Origin: Phaeosaccion multiseriatum
Taxonomy: Eukaryota > Protista > Ochrophyta, other classes
Assembly: GCA_965112735.1 (NCBI GenBank)
Contig: OZ218954.1
Coordinates: 2,170,001-2,234,000, forward strand
Direction of reading: 5' to 3'
DNA: 64,000 bases
Shown here in pieces: positions 48,463 through 61,632 of this stretch. A model generated the notes under the pieces. The model searched no databases, was not told where the DNA came from, and saw only the letters and a program-made list of their open reading frames with translations. Positions within the stretch are counted from its first letter, which is position 1, and every line of letters starts with the position of its first letter. A program made the position numbers and the translations under genes.

Positions 48463-51309
48463 CTAAAGTGCCGGTACCCCTTCTGCTTGCGCAGCAGAGC
48501 TGCTGCTGGGACTGCTATTGGAGGCGGTGGGTGGCAGCAGCTCTTCCTTCTCTTCCTCCTCCTCCTCCCCCGCCTCAATGTCCTCCGAGCTCCGCCCAAA
48601 GGGGCCCTTGAGGCTATTGAAACGCCAGAGGTGCGCCAGGAAGCGCACCCCAAAGTAAATGAAGGTGGTGCTGCCCCATATGCCTGTGAGACCAAACCTG
48701 TGGTGCGGGATAGGCGAACGGACGGACGGTTACATTTCAACCACAGAAGGGGTGGGTGGTTCCATGTAGTGCGCGCTTTGTAAACTATGTTGTGAGAGAA
48801 GGGGGGGGGGGGGTTGGTTGTAGCCACGCACACGATAAATTGCAGCTACAGTTACACATACTTTCCCTGCAGCAGAGAAAAGGAAGGATGGAGATGCCCA
48901 GAGGGGCGAAGAGGCACCACCAGAGGAGAATTGAGACAGCGGGAAAGCAAAAACAAGATTGCGCCACTCTCGCCCACTCCCCCATTCTCCATTGCCATGC
49001 TTGCCCACCCGCTTTTACACTCACTCACTCACTCACTCACTCACTCACTCATTCAGTCCCTCCCTCCCTCCCTCCCTCCCTCCCTCACTTTCTCACATAA
49101 TGACTGACTCACCCTTTCTGTAGGCTGAGGTTGATGGAGAACATGCCGAGGAGGGCGCCCACAAACACCGTCTTGGCGTTGTAGGCGAAGTCGGAGGCGC
49201 CGTAGAACAGACTGCTCCACAGCGGACACACGGCGGACAACGGACAAGAAGGAACAGGGGGTGGGGTACATACAATACGAGCAGGTGGTGAGCAGACAAA
49301 GAGAGGTGGAAGAGGGTGGGAGGGGCATACGCTGTGAGCAAATCGTGAGCATGAGGGTGTCCTCACGGTCAGATGTGCACACAAGGAAAGGAGAAGAAGG
49401 CCAAAGGCGTGGAGATTTCCAAGAGTCCCCTCTCACTCGCCCTCCCTCTCTCTCTCCCTTTCTCTCTCTCCCTCGCCCTCTCTCTCTCTCTCTCTCTCTC
49501 TCCCTCTTTCTTTCTCTCTCTCCCTCGCCCTCCCCCCCCCCCCTCTCTCTCTCTCTAGGCTCTCTCCTTCTCTTTCTCGTCTCGCCATCTCTCTCCTCTG
49601 CCCCTCCATATCTCTCTCTCTCTCACACACACACACCTGTCCCAGGTCCACACCATGCAGCAAAGGGGGAATCCCTTGAGCACCACCGGGAACACCTGCC
49701 GCACCAAGTCCAACACATGTTTTGAGGAGCACACAAGGGGAAGGATAAAGGGAAGGGCCACTTGGGAGCCCACCGCCAGACTCACGCCCAGCATCAGGGA
49801 CATCATAAGCACGCGCTTTGATATTGCCCGGGCTGTCAGCAGGCATCTGAGGGAGGGAGGGAGGGAGGGAAGGCGGGAGGGAGGGAGGGAGGGAGGGAGG
49901 GAGGGGAGGTTGAGGATTCGCTTGGCTTGGAGTGAGCAAAGACCTGCCCTGCCGGCAGTGCAGTGGTCTCCACTGCAGAGCCTGGAACGAGGCAGAGGGA
50001 CGTGTAGCTGAACACCCGCAGAACACTCGCGGAATACTCGCGGAGCACTCGGCGACTACGACAGGTCTATCATCCTCGATGTTTCTTTCTTCGCCGGTCT
50101 GAGCCTGAAAATTAAGGTATGTACCCACTTACGTAAGGCTATTCTTGTATGGGGAGGTGTCGGGCAGGGCGGCCGAGTCCTTGGCCATACCCAGGTACTG
50201 AGCCACGAGGACCTGCAGATGGCAGCAGATGGTGCATCACACGGACAGGGGGGGGCAAGAGAGAGAGAGACGAGAGAGGGAAACAGAGAGAGAGGGGGTC
50301 AGTGAGAGGGAGAGACTGAGCAGGCGACACAAAAAGAGAACGTATAAGACAACCGGTGTGATGTGTGTGTGTGAGAGAGTGTAGCTCCTGAGAAGCTCCT
50401 TGCCCCCATTCCTCCGTCCCCCATTCCCCCGTCCCCCTCCCTCCCTCCCTCCCTTCCCTCCCTCCCTTATGCCCTCCCCCGTCCGCCGTGAAAAAAGAAA
50501 TCGCTCTCGACACACACCACACACGCACACACCCCCACACCCACACCCATACGCACACAAACACACACACAAACCTACACACACGCAACACACACGCACA
50601 CACATACACACACACTCCCACACAAACACCACAAACACACACGCACACACACAAGCACACATACACGCACACATACACACACATACACACACGCACACAC
50701 ACACATACACACACATACACACACGCACACACACAAACGCCACAAACACACACGCACACACACACACAAGCACACATACACACACATACACACACGCATA
50801 CACACGCAAACACATACACACACACACACACACCTGTCCTGCCACTCCGACAGACTCCTGCACGAAGGCAATGACCATCCACAGGGAGAGCATGAGTTGA
50901 TGTGCAGCAATATTGGTCACGCCGAGCTTGGCCGCCGACCGAGCCATGTACGTCCAAGCTGCGATGTTGGCGGCCTGGAGGGAGAGTGTTGCATTGGTCA
51001 AGGGAGGAGGGGGGGAGGAGGAGGAGGAGGAGGAGGAGGAGGAGGAGGAAGAGGACAAGGAGGAGGAAGAGGAGGAGGAAGAGGATGAGGAGGAGGAGGA
51101 GGAGGAGGAGGAGGAGGAGGAGGACAAGGAGGAGGAGGACAAGGAGGAGGAAGAGGAGGAGGAGGAGGAGGAGGACAAGGAGGAGGAAGAGGAGGGGGAA
51201 GAGGAGGAGGAGTAGATGAAGGAAGGGATGAGGAGATGATAGAGAGGAGAGGATGAGTGTCGGTCGGGGAGGAGCCAATCATGACGTACCTTGGACTATC
51301 ACATGCACA

Positions 51310-51368
<59 letters not shown>

Positions 51369-54300
51369 CTCCTCACCCCCGCCCTCATCCCTGTCCCTCC
51401 CTCCACGAAACCAAACCACACCCTATAACCAACACAAACGAGCGAATCAACGAACACATACGAACTTACTCACCTGTCTAAAGAAGAGCGAAAGGCCCGA
51501 CTCCAGAAACTCGAGCACATCGACTTTTGTGGGCAGACACCGGAGCGAGTCAAGACCAAGCTCCTTCCTCATCGTCTTGTCCAACAGCACCTTGGCACCA
51601 TACGTAAGAGCCCCTACCCATTGGGCAATAGAGGTGGCCAGGGCGGCTCCTGGGGCACTCATCTTGAGCCCAAACATAAGCAAGGGGTCGAGACAGAGGT
51701 TGATGATACCCACCAATGCGCCGTTACGGAGCGTTTCTCCGGGCTTTCCAATGCCTCGGAAGAGACCTCCCGCCACCTGTGCATCGATTCGATGGCCACA
51801 GAGGACAGAGAGGACAGAGAGGAGGAGAGAGGGGACAGAGAGTGTGTGTGGGAGTGAGGGGGGGGAGGGGAGGAGTGAGGGGGAGGGGGAGGGGGAGGGC
51901 ACGTGTGTTGGAGAAGCGAGAGAGCTCAAGGTGTGTCTAAACACATCCGCCAAGCCGATTCCCAAGCATGATACAGAGGCACAGAAGGACACTCTCGAGG
52001 GGGAAGTTGGGTCTGGTTGGGCAGACATTGGCGAGGGCGTGTGGGGTGAGGACAATTGAAACTGACTAACCATGAGCAGGAGAGCGGCGGGCACTCCCAA
52101 GGTTCGATACTTGAGGAAAGGCACCGCGAGGGGGAGCAGCTCCGCAGGGCAGCCCATCGCCGTCAGACACCCTGCAGGGAGGAGTGTGAGGAATTGTGTT
52201 TTGGAGGTGGTCGTCGTGATTGTGTATTTCGATTTGTTCCGATGCGAGAAGAGAGAAAAGAGGAATATGGGGAGGCGGGGTCAGGAAGGGGACACCAACA
52301 CCAACCACACACTGCAAGCGGGGAGAGGGTAGCGGGACGAGATGCGTAAGGAAGCAAGCCCACCGCCCACCTTCCATCCCTATCTTCCTCCCTCCTTCCC
52401 CTTTCCCTGCTTACCTCCCTCTCTTCATCCCTCCCACCTCCCCCCTCCCTCCCTCTCTCCCCCCCTCCCTCCCTTCCTCTCCCTCCACCCCTCCTTCTCC
52501 CCCCTTCCCTACCTCCCTTTCTCTCCTTTTCCCTCCTTCCCTCCCTCCCTCTCTCTCCTTCCCAACCTACCTACTGGGCGAGTGAGCACGATACTCATAA
52601 ACACAGCCCCAAACAGCAAGGCACACCCCACTGCGGTGATGATGCTCGCCCCTACACCCTTGGCGTTGTTCATTGCCCTCCTCTTGGCCACAAGCACACT
52701 CGTTGACACCATTAGCACTGGGAGAGAAGGAAGTAGATAGATGGGGTGAGGGTGGGGGTGAGAGTGAGGGTGAAGTGGCAAGGCTATGCTTGTTATCATC
52801 TCACAGGACTGGGAGTGAGAAGGAGTGAGAAAGATTGAGAAGGGGTCAGGCGGGTAAACAAGGGGGTGTAAAGGTCACACGTCGCAGCACTGGGAGGAGT
52901 GTAAGGGGTGAGGGTGAGGGCAGTAAGCAAGGGGGGGTTGGTAGACGCGTTAGTCATACATCCCATACTACACATGTCGTGCGTGTTTGTAATTGCGTTT
53001 TGCTGTTGGTTGGCCCGTGAGGGAGGGGGGATGTGAAGTAAGCAACAGAAGAAAGAAGAAGGGAGGGATTTGGCGAGCGAAGCAGGATGGACATAGATGG
53101 AACGATCACGCACACACGCACGCACACACTCCCGCACGCACGCACCGCAGCTGGAGGTGGCGAAGAGCATGTTGAAGATGGCAGTGCATGGCCCGATGGA
53201 GCCGAGCGCTGTGGACCCCAGCTGGCCCACAAACGCCGTGTCCACCTGCAGCAACACGAGGGATAGGGATGGCAACGGATGGCAGCAGAGGGGCAGAGGG
53301 GTGGCAAGTGGCGCCACAGGGGGATAGGGGTCAGGAAGGTGGCAATGAAAGGCTGCCAAGGGTTGATGGGAAAGAGGGCGGCGGTGACAGAGGCAAATCG
53401 ACCATCGGCACTGAGCTTTGCACGGACAGGACAGGGCCAAAGCAGGAAGGAAGAGCAAAACGGCGGCACCTGGGCTTTCCACCAGGTAGCCCTCTCTCTG
53501 TCCATCACACGGTCACTCACTCACTCACGCACTCACTTCCTCACTCACTCACTCCCTCACTCACGCACGCACGCACTCCCTCCCTCCCTTCCTCCCTCCC
53601 TCCGTCCCTCCTTCCCTCATTCATTCACTCACTCACTCACCAGCGATAGGAAGGGCTCGATGAGCACAGCGCCAAGGGTGGGCAGTGCCAGATTGAGGAT
53701 TTCGCCGTCGTGAACGCTCTGTTGCCACACAAATAAGGGGCGGGTGAAGGGAATGACGGAGGGAGAGGGAGGGAGGGTTGGTTCGAGAAACGCACACAGC
53801 GCGAGTGGGCTTCACCATTGCTACTGCCATATCAGGACAGGTCTTCCTGCCCGTCCTGATGGAGCCATCAAGGGGGCAGGCAGCTCAGCTTCTCCATTGT
53901 ATCGTCGGAGGGAGGTAGGCACGCAAATAAGAGCAGTCTCCCTCTGACCTGGCGAGGCTGGATGCAGTAGTTCGTGGGTGCCATCACCACCACAATCACC
54001 ACAACCACCACCACCACCACCACCACCACCACCACTACCACCACCACCACCACCACCACCACCACCACCACCACCACCACCGCCACCACCACCACCACCA
54101 CCACCACCGCTTCTTCTAACCTTGTGTCTGAGGGCGTTCCAAGTGGATTTGGCCTGCCTCTGGGTCACCAGCGGCCGTCTCCGACCCTGCTTCCTGCCCC
54201 AGGAGCGCTTGCCATCGTTCCCACCAGAGGAGGGCGTGGCCAGCGATGACGGCATCTCTTTTGACATCAGCTGCCCCCCCCCCCCCCCTCCTCCTCCTCC

Positions 54301-55056
54301 TCCTTGTCCCTCCATCTCGTCTTCCTCTCCTGTCTCCTCCTCGCCATCTCCTGATGGAATGAGCGTGAGTGAAGCCGAGGAGGGCGATGATGCACTGAGT
54401 CGTACGCCGCGCCCTCCTCCCCGCCCCCACGCCCCTGTTGCAGTTGCCGCTGGGATCCCTGCTACTAGCGCTGCTATTCTCGGTGGTGAGGATGTGCCTC
54501 TTCTCCATCGTCTGGGGCGCGTCATTCCTCCTCCTCCTCCTCCTCCTCCTCCTCCTCCTCCTCCTCCTTCCCTTCCTCCTTCTTGCCGACCACGCCCAAG
54601 AGCGTTGAGTCTGCTGTTGCTGAAGCGGAGCCTTGCATTGGCAAAGAAAAGGCGGTGACGCTTTTGCGAAAGAGGATGGACATTGCTACTACTGCTGTTG
54701 CTGCTATTACTACTGCTACTACTCCTACTACTTGCCTGACTGCTACTGCTGCTGGAGGCATGTGCCAGAGACGACTCGATCGCTGCTGCCCTGGTTCCAA
54801 CCACCCCCCCCGCCACCGGTACTAATTCTACTGCTCCTCCCCTTCCTCCTCTTGCTACTGCTGCTCCTCCCGCTGGCCGGCTTCCTCTTGCTCGGCCTGA
54901 GCTGCCGAGAGGGACAACGTAAGCATCCACACAGAGTGACGCGGAGAGTGCCAGAGCACAAACCAGCTGCTGGTGGCGGTGGTGATATGTTGATGGGTCG
55001 AGGGAGACGAGGCCCAACGGGTATACCATGAGGAAGAGAAGGCAAGCACGCATCAT
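48463..55056 (-). CDS. MATE (DinF/DTX-type) efflux transporter, probably plastid-targeted
   Basis: Exons 55056-54121 (possible in-frame 60-nt intron 55026-54967), 53718-53641, 53245-53146, 52717-52571, 52171-52071, 51776-51474, 50974-50834, 50212-50133, 49846-49637, 49211-49113, 48697-48463. Motifs [21 protein letters not shown]|[50 protein letters not shown]. Confidence 0.9.
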
Positions 55057-55624
55057 GACAGCGAGAAGGACGTCAGACAGAAGAGAGGAGGGAATTAAAG
55101 AGACGGGAGGCGAAAGCAAGGGAAAGTATGGCGTGACAGGCCAGTGTGGCAATCCAGGGCGGAACGGGCAAGCACGCTCAGGCTGTGGCCAGCCATGACG
55201 AGCGTTCCCTACGGCCAAGCGAAGGCAAATCACCACCAAGACAGTTCCGTGATGAAACAGAAGGATATGCTTTCCAGATTATGCTTGTGCTCGCAACAGA
55301 GCCGAATGCCACTTCACCTTCGCGGCGGTGGGCATGCTGACTAGCGCAGCACGATGGACAGGCGCCTTCCCCGCACAGCTTTCTCTCTCTCCTAACAAAA
55401 CCCTAAAAAAAAAAAGGAGAGGGGTGTAGTCATCATATTGATATCGATTTCAAAAGTCGATGATATCGACAACCCAGGGGGGGGCGCACGCCCCGCAAAA
55501 TCAGCGCTCCCGACTCTCTCGTTTTTGCTTCGAAGGTTAGCTTTGCTTGATACAGGAGGACGAACGATACTTGTAAAGAGTGTAGGAATATTCTCATCTA
55601 GCCTACGGAGTCGACGTCCACAAG
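55057..55624. promoter_or_regulatory. Putative bidirectional promoter between MATE and Rab1
   Basis: Divergent start codons separated by 568 bp. Contains AAACCCTAA (55398-55406) and the short palindrome gtcgat-gat-atcgac. Confidence 0.45.
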
Positions 55625-57889
55625 ATGAATCCCGAATAGTGAGTAAAATACGGAGTGCGAGACGGGGGAAAAGAGGGGGGGGGGGAGGACGTGGAGAGAT
55701 TAGTAGTGGGGGCGAAAGAGGGGGGAAGGGAGAGAGATGGAGAGAGCCGCAGGCGGTCGTTGTCCCTCCTTCGCTTCCGCTTGGGCTGTCTGGACCCCGG
55801 GTAGGGGCGGAAAAGGGGGGAGGGACGCGTGGAACAAAAATGCCTTCTATCCGTTTTCCCAGACTGTTCTTTCACGACTGGGGCAGTGGCAGGCTGTGTA
55901 GCGGAGATGGCAGCGGCTCTTCAGGCAGGATGACAAGGGAAGGTGTGAGGAAGTGGCTGTAGCGCAGGGAGTATGTGATGTCAGCTCAATTTCTCTCGTC
56001 ACGTCCGAGAGTTCTGGGGAAGAAGGGAAGAGGAGATATACCTCTGAAGCAGCAGCATCAGCGGCAGTAGCAAGAGGTTCTGTGATGGAGGCCGACAACC
56101 AGGACAAGTAGAAAGCGAGGAAGAGGACCCAGGCCGGGGAGTGCTTATGGGGCTTGTCTGGGGGAGGGGTAACCGCTTGCCGGCTCGGGAGCTCCGTGAC
56201 AACTCAGCCTTGGCGGTGTCCCCTCTGCGGTCTCTGGCGATTCAAAGGCCGCCCGTCTACACCACACCCCTAGTTTCTGTACTCTTGCTCGGTCTCACTT
56301 TTTGACGATGTTCACCCGCCGCACTCCTCCACCGCTACACTTCTAACGCGCGATGCATGTGACTCCCTATCCTCCCCTCTCCTTTCCGCCCTGGCACCTA
56401 TTCCCCCGCCCATGCACAGTGACTACCTCTTCAAGCTGTTGCTCATCGGAGACAGCGGAGTGGGAAAGTCATGTCTGCTGCTGCGGTTTGCCGACGACAC
56501 ATACACGGAGAGCTATATTTCGACAATTGGGGTAGACTTTGTAAGTCGTGGTGGCGATATTTCAAAGACTGATTCAACGCATCGAGGAGGGGTTGTCTTT
56601 GCACTGAACGTAGGCGCTCTCACCCAATACTCTGCACACACACTTTCAGGCAGCCCTCCCTCCATGTGTTCCGCCTCTCTTCGGTCAGCGCGAAACCCTA
56701 GCCACCCCCCCCCGCCCGCCCCCCTTTTTCTACACTCTCTTACCGTCTCCGCCCTCTGGTCATTCCCTTCCCCATCCCCCCTTCTCCCTCGCAACCAAAC
56801 TCTCCGCCTATTCAACACAGAAAATCCGCACAATTGAACTGGAGGGTAAGACGATCAAGCTACAGATCTGGGACACAGCAGGGCAGGAGCGTTTCCGTAC
56901 CATCACGTCGTCCTACTACCGCGGGGCACACGGAATCATCGTGGTGTATGACGTCACCGACAAGGAGAGCTTCAACAACGTCAAGGAGTGGCTCAATGAG
57001 ATTGACCGGTACGCCTGCGAGAATGTCAACAAGTTGTTGGTGGGGAACAAGAGCGATCTCGAGGGCAAGCGTGCGGTGCCGTACGAGATGGCAAAGGTAT
57101 GTGTGTGTGTTTGTGTCATTCGCCAGTATTTTGTTTGGGTTGCATTCCCAAGACCGACCGAAATTCGGTGTCACGGAAGACCCCAACTGGAGGGGTGCTT
57201 GTGTCACTCTTACCTCATTTGTCGTCCTCTCTCTCTCATTGTCTCATCAATCTTATATCGCTCTCTCTCTCTTTTCTCTCCTTCTCACTCGTCTCCCCTC
57301 CATCTTCCCCTCCTTTCTCTCCTTCGCAGGAGTTTGCGGATAGTCTGGGCATTGAGTTCCTGGAGACATCAGCCAAGAACGCCAACAACGTCGAGAAGGC
57401 CTTCATGATGATGGCGAACCAGGTGCGTTGTGCGTCACAGCTGCTGGACTGGACGCAAGAGCCGACGACGCATGGTAAACAGTCGCCGATTGAGTGTCCT
57501 TGTCAGCCTCTCACCTCTTTCCTTGCCTCGTGCTCCTCCACCTCCGTTCGCTGTCTCTGTTGCCATATGCACAGATCAAGTCACGGATGAAGGCACAGCC
57601 CACCGCGCAAAGCAAGCAGGGCACGCGACTCACAAGTTCGTCGCAGGTGAGTGTATCTCTCTCTCCCTCTTGCCAACTGAGCCTTCCCCTCTCCTTTGTA
57701 TCCCTTTGCCGTTGGATGGATTCGCTTCACCCTTGTCCTTACGCGACGTCCCTTCCCCCCTCCCTGCCTCCCTCCCTCCCTCCCTCCCTCCCTGCCTCCC
57801 TCCCTCCCACCCCCTTTCCCCACTCCTTACCTCTGCTCGCAACGAGTAAGGTCGGAGGAGGAGGCGCTGCTTCAGGCGGCTGCTGCTAA
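55625..57889 (+). CDS. RAB1: Rab1/YPT1 small GTPase (204 aa, 6 exons)
   Basis: Exons 55625-55638 (MNPEY), 56420-56540, 56821-57096, 57330-57422, 57575-57646, 57851-57889. Motifs [47 protein letters not shown] and C-terminal GGCC. Confidence 0.97.
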
Positions 57890-58656
57890 GGCTCTCTGGC
57901 TCCCATCAGAGGGCGTCGAATGAGCCGCATAATCACCACGGAAGGTTGATGGGAAGAGGAGAGAGACTGAGAGGGGTGACGTCCGGGAGATGTGAGGGCA
58001 GGAGAGTAGATGGACTCTCAAGCGAGTGCAGGGGGGGGGTTACTTATGCTCTGAGAAGGCTCGAATCCACCGATACGAGGAGGAGGATGGGTGGTCAGTC
58101 GCCAATTGTGAAGCCGCCGTATTTTCGAGAGTTGGAGAGGCGTTTGCTCCAACCATCACTCATTGGCAGTGGGGCGACACATGATTGGCTGCAATGTGTT
58201 CTCTTTCTGCAAGAGTTGTCCAGCAGCGGGGAGGGGGAGGCACCCGAGCTCGGCAACAAATGACAAATAGTAGTATTAGGGAGGCCTAGGAAAGGGGAAG
58301 AAGGGTTCCTAGTCCCTTGTGTGTTGAGGGGTGGAGGGGGGGGGGGGGGGAGAAAGGAGTGAGTGTCCTCGATGGGGAGCGAGGCTTTTGTGTGGGACAA
58401 GTGAAGGCGTATTGATGTAGTTCAGTTCTCGTGTGTGTGTGCTATACTCAACCAGCTCTTTGGGCGTGAGCTTGCCCCATGGCTTCGATCCGCCATCTGT
58501 TCGAGGATTGATAGCACCAATGTTTTTCATTTATAAGTAGTGTCCCTCTTTTGAAGGGGGAAGGAAGGAAAAATTAATGGTAGATCTTCTCCTCTCTTCT
58601 CCTCTCTCATTGCCCCCTTGGGAAAACGATTTTCGCACACTAGCAGGAAGGCGCGT

Positions 58657-59460
58657 TCACGCTCCGAGAGCCACATCTGGTGACTGCAGCTGACGATCCG
58701 GCGGAGTCGGGTCAGGACGTGACCCTTGGTGGTAGAGGAGCCGGTGCGGCCGGTGCGAGAGACGACGTGTTCCGCGAGGGCGTGTAAGAGGGACTGCGCC
58801 TGTGAGCCGAGTCGTCCGTGCGTCTCGATGGCGAAGGTCGTAAGGCGAACTCGCTCTGGGTCCTAGGTGTTGGCGTAGTGCCGCTCCTGGCAGGTCTCGC
58901 GGTGGGCTGCTGCCGCGCCCGCCGGCCGGTCTGGTGTCCGTGTGAAGCACATTCAAGGCCGTCCTGGAAGTGTTGTTGATCAGGGAGAAGTCAATCATAT
59001 GTGCTCGGTGGGCATAGTCGGGGTCGCGTGCTCCGGAGAGGGCGCGCCGGGGGAGGGTGGCATCCATGCGGTAGGTGCGGGTGGCATCCATCGGCACAAA
59101 GTTGATACCAGCCAGGATCCGGTGGCGAATCGATCGTTCGTGTCGGGCCCGCTGGAGCGCTACGGCCAATCGCCGCCGAATGACGCAAACGGCCCTCGCA
59201 TAGGCCCTCATGTCCAGATGTTCGTGCCCCCCAGCCATGTGGGTGGCGAGTGTTTTAATAAACACCTGGGCAGACGGACCAAATGCGCCTTGCTTTTCCA
59301 TACCAAAAGGGACGAGGTGGTACCTCGTGGGGTCATAGTGGATATCTCCACCCTGGCCTTCCATGCCTGCTTGTGGCACCCCATACTTGGTGCGCTTGGT
59401 TGCTTCAGCCTTCTTGGCTGCCGCGAGTGCCTCCTTCGATGCTTGGCACGATTGGTGATG
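58657..59460 (-). mobile_element. 5'-truncated non-LTR retrotransposon remnant (CRE/R2-type restriction-like endonuclease C-terminus)
   Basis: One frame reads ALAAAKKAEATKRTKY...HLVPFGMEKQGAFGPSAQVFIKTLA...RRRLAVALQR, matching the 'AE..K..KY / P...E..G..G / L.VALQR' signature of RLE-clade LINE C-termini. No RT domain is present. Confidence 0.7.
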
Positions 59461-59648
59461 CTTTTTTTTTGGCGGCTTTGTGGGGGAAAAAATAAGTTCA
59501 CCTGTTGTTATCCAGACTCACAGAAACTCGCGACGTGTCCGCCTCTTTCCCCCCTATCACCGCCCCATCACCGCCTTTTCATAACCAGAGGACCTGATAC
59601 GCAGCAGAGCATCTACCTGCCGCGTGTACGGTGGCTCAGAGCGAGAGA

Positions 59649-60754
59649 ATGTGGGGCTGGGCAAAAGTCGATCCAGACCCGTCCGGAGCTGCGGCTCCGT
59701 GCCAGAGATCTCTTCACGTTGCTGCCGTCCACGACAATAGCATCTACGTGTTCGGAGGTGAGACGCACACGATGCTATGTCCGGACATCAGTGGGGACAG
59801 CTTCTTCTGCCCCTTTCTCATCACACGGCTCCTCCCTCAATTGTTCCGTGATGTCTCATCTTTTTCGCCCATTTCCTCCTCCGCATCCTCCTCCCTCAGG
59901 CTACGACGGTTCCAATCGGGTTAATGACTTTCATGCCTATAGCGTGGCAAACAAGGTGGGTCGAGGAACGCACATCAAAGCACCATTGGGGGTGGGGTGG
60001 GTTGGGTTGGGTAACAGAGGCGCTTAACCACCCGACGCCGCCTTGCCTCACTTCGGCCGTCCCCCCCTTAACTCGCCTCTACTCTCTTCTGAACCCTGCC
60101 CTCCACCCCACCCTATCCCCCGCCCCCTCCTTTTGGCTGCCTTTCCTTCGATCGATAGACCTGGGCGCTGGTGCCTGCAGCGGGTATCCCGCCCTCTCCA
60201 CGTGACCGGCACACCGGCGTGGTACATAAGAATAGCTTCTATGTCTTTGGCGGCTTTGACGGGTGAGTGACAGCGACCAGCCTCTTATTTTAAGCACTTG
60301 TTGGCACGCTGCTCTGCTGCTCTGCTCCTTGGATGGTGGAGGATGGAGGATGCCCCCTTGCCTTTGGTGTTGCTGGGGCACGTGAGACTCCTCCTCTGAG
60401 GAGGGGCTTGTGTGCGTATGTGCTTGTGTGCTGCTCCGAGGAGGGCTCTTCCTTTTCTCCTCAAAGGTGTATTTCACGTTCGATGGCCTGCTCTCTTTGT
60501 GCTCACTCCCATGCGTTGTAGGTGTCCCTGCTTTCCCCAAGAGGTTGTGATAAAGGCCCCTAACAAACAAGACCGTCCGCTCTCTTCTCCACCCCATCAT
60601 ATACATCACTGATTCTGATTGATTTGGTGGACGGCACCATCCATTACCCCCTACCCACCCCTCTTACTTCGCTCCCCTCCCCTCACCCTTCTGTTGATGT
60701 GCTTGTCATTCATCATGGTCGTCCTGTCCTCTCTGTGTCTGTGTCTGTGTGCGT

Positions 60755-60799
<45 letters not shown>

Positions 60800-61590
60800 T
60801 ACGTCTCTCTCTCTCTCTGTGTGCGTGCGTGTGCCTGCCCCTGTAGCACTGCGCGAGTGAACGACTTCTTCCGCTTCTCCTTCGACACACGGACCTGGTC
60901 CAAGGTTACCCCGAGCCAGGGCTCCCCTCCCACCCCTCGCCACAGCCACGCCGCATTGGTGTTCGGGGACAGCATGTTTGTGTTTGGGGGATACGGTAAG
61001 TCGCGAGAATGAGATTGAGAAGAGAGATATGCCCCGCCCCGTCTTTCTTGCTTGTCTGTTTTCTAGCCACCGAGGGGGGCTTTCCGTTCCTTGATAGCCA
61101 CATCTTACCCAGCGTATTACTCAGTGCTTGGCAGCGAGTGGACACACTTTTTCACCGTTTCACCGTTTCACCATGCGCTAACACAGTGCAGCATCCCCAA
61201 GTCAAAATCAATCACCATGGAGCTCGGCTCGGGGTGCGATGAATAGTATACAACCTATTGGGGAGACATTGATTCGCCATCCCGAACTTATTGCTACACT
61301 CCATATACATGGTGTGTTGTTTCCCACTTATCTCTACTTTGATGTTTATGGCTTGGCAGATGGGAGCTACAGAAACGACTTTCACGAGTTCAACTTTGCC
61401 ACCAACGAGTAAGTCGAGGGGGGAGTGAAGGAGAGGAAGTCAAAGAGAGAGGGGGGGCGGCCAGACCACTGCCCGCCTCTGTCCAGTACGGGCGTTCGTT
61501 CGACCTCTCCGAAACTGCCCTTAACCGTTGAGTGCTCCACCCACCACCCCCCAACCACCACCACTACGCGCACACACACACATACACACA

Positions 61591-61632
<42 letters not shown>

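Noticed and set aside
50105-50132. Apparent 28-nt micro-intron (gtaagt...ttttcag) in MATE
   Set aside because: Using this acceptor leads to a stop. The phase-compatible acceptor at 49847 restores the MATE frame.
50139-51366. 300-380-aa low-complexity ORFs on both strands
   Set aside because: They are (GT)n and (CCT)n tracts in MATE introns flanking the real exons.
58309-58530. 73-aa minus-strand ORF downstream of the LINE remnant
   Set aside because: Short, with no motif, and it ends in a homopolymer run; insufficient support.
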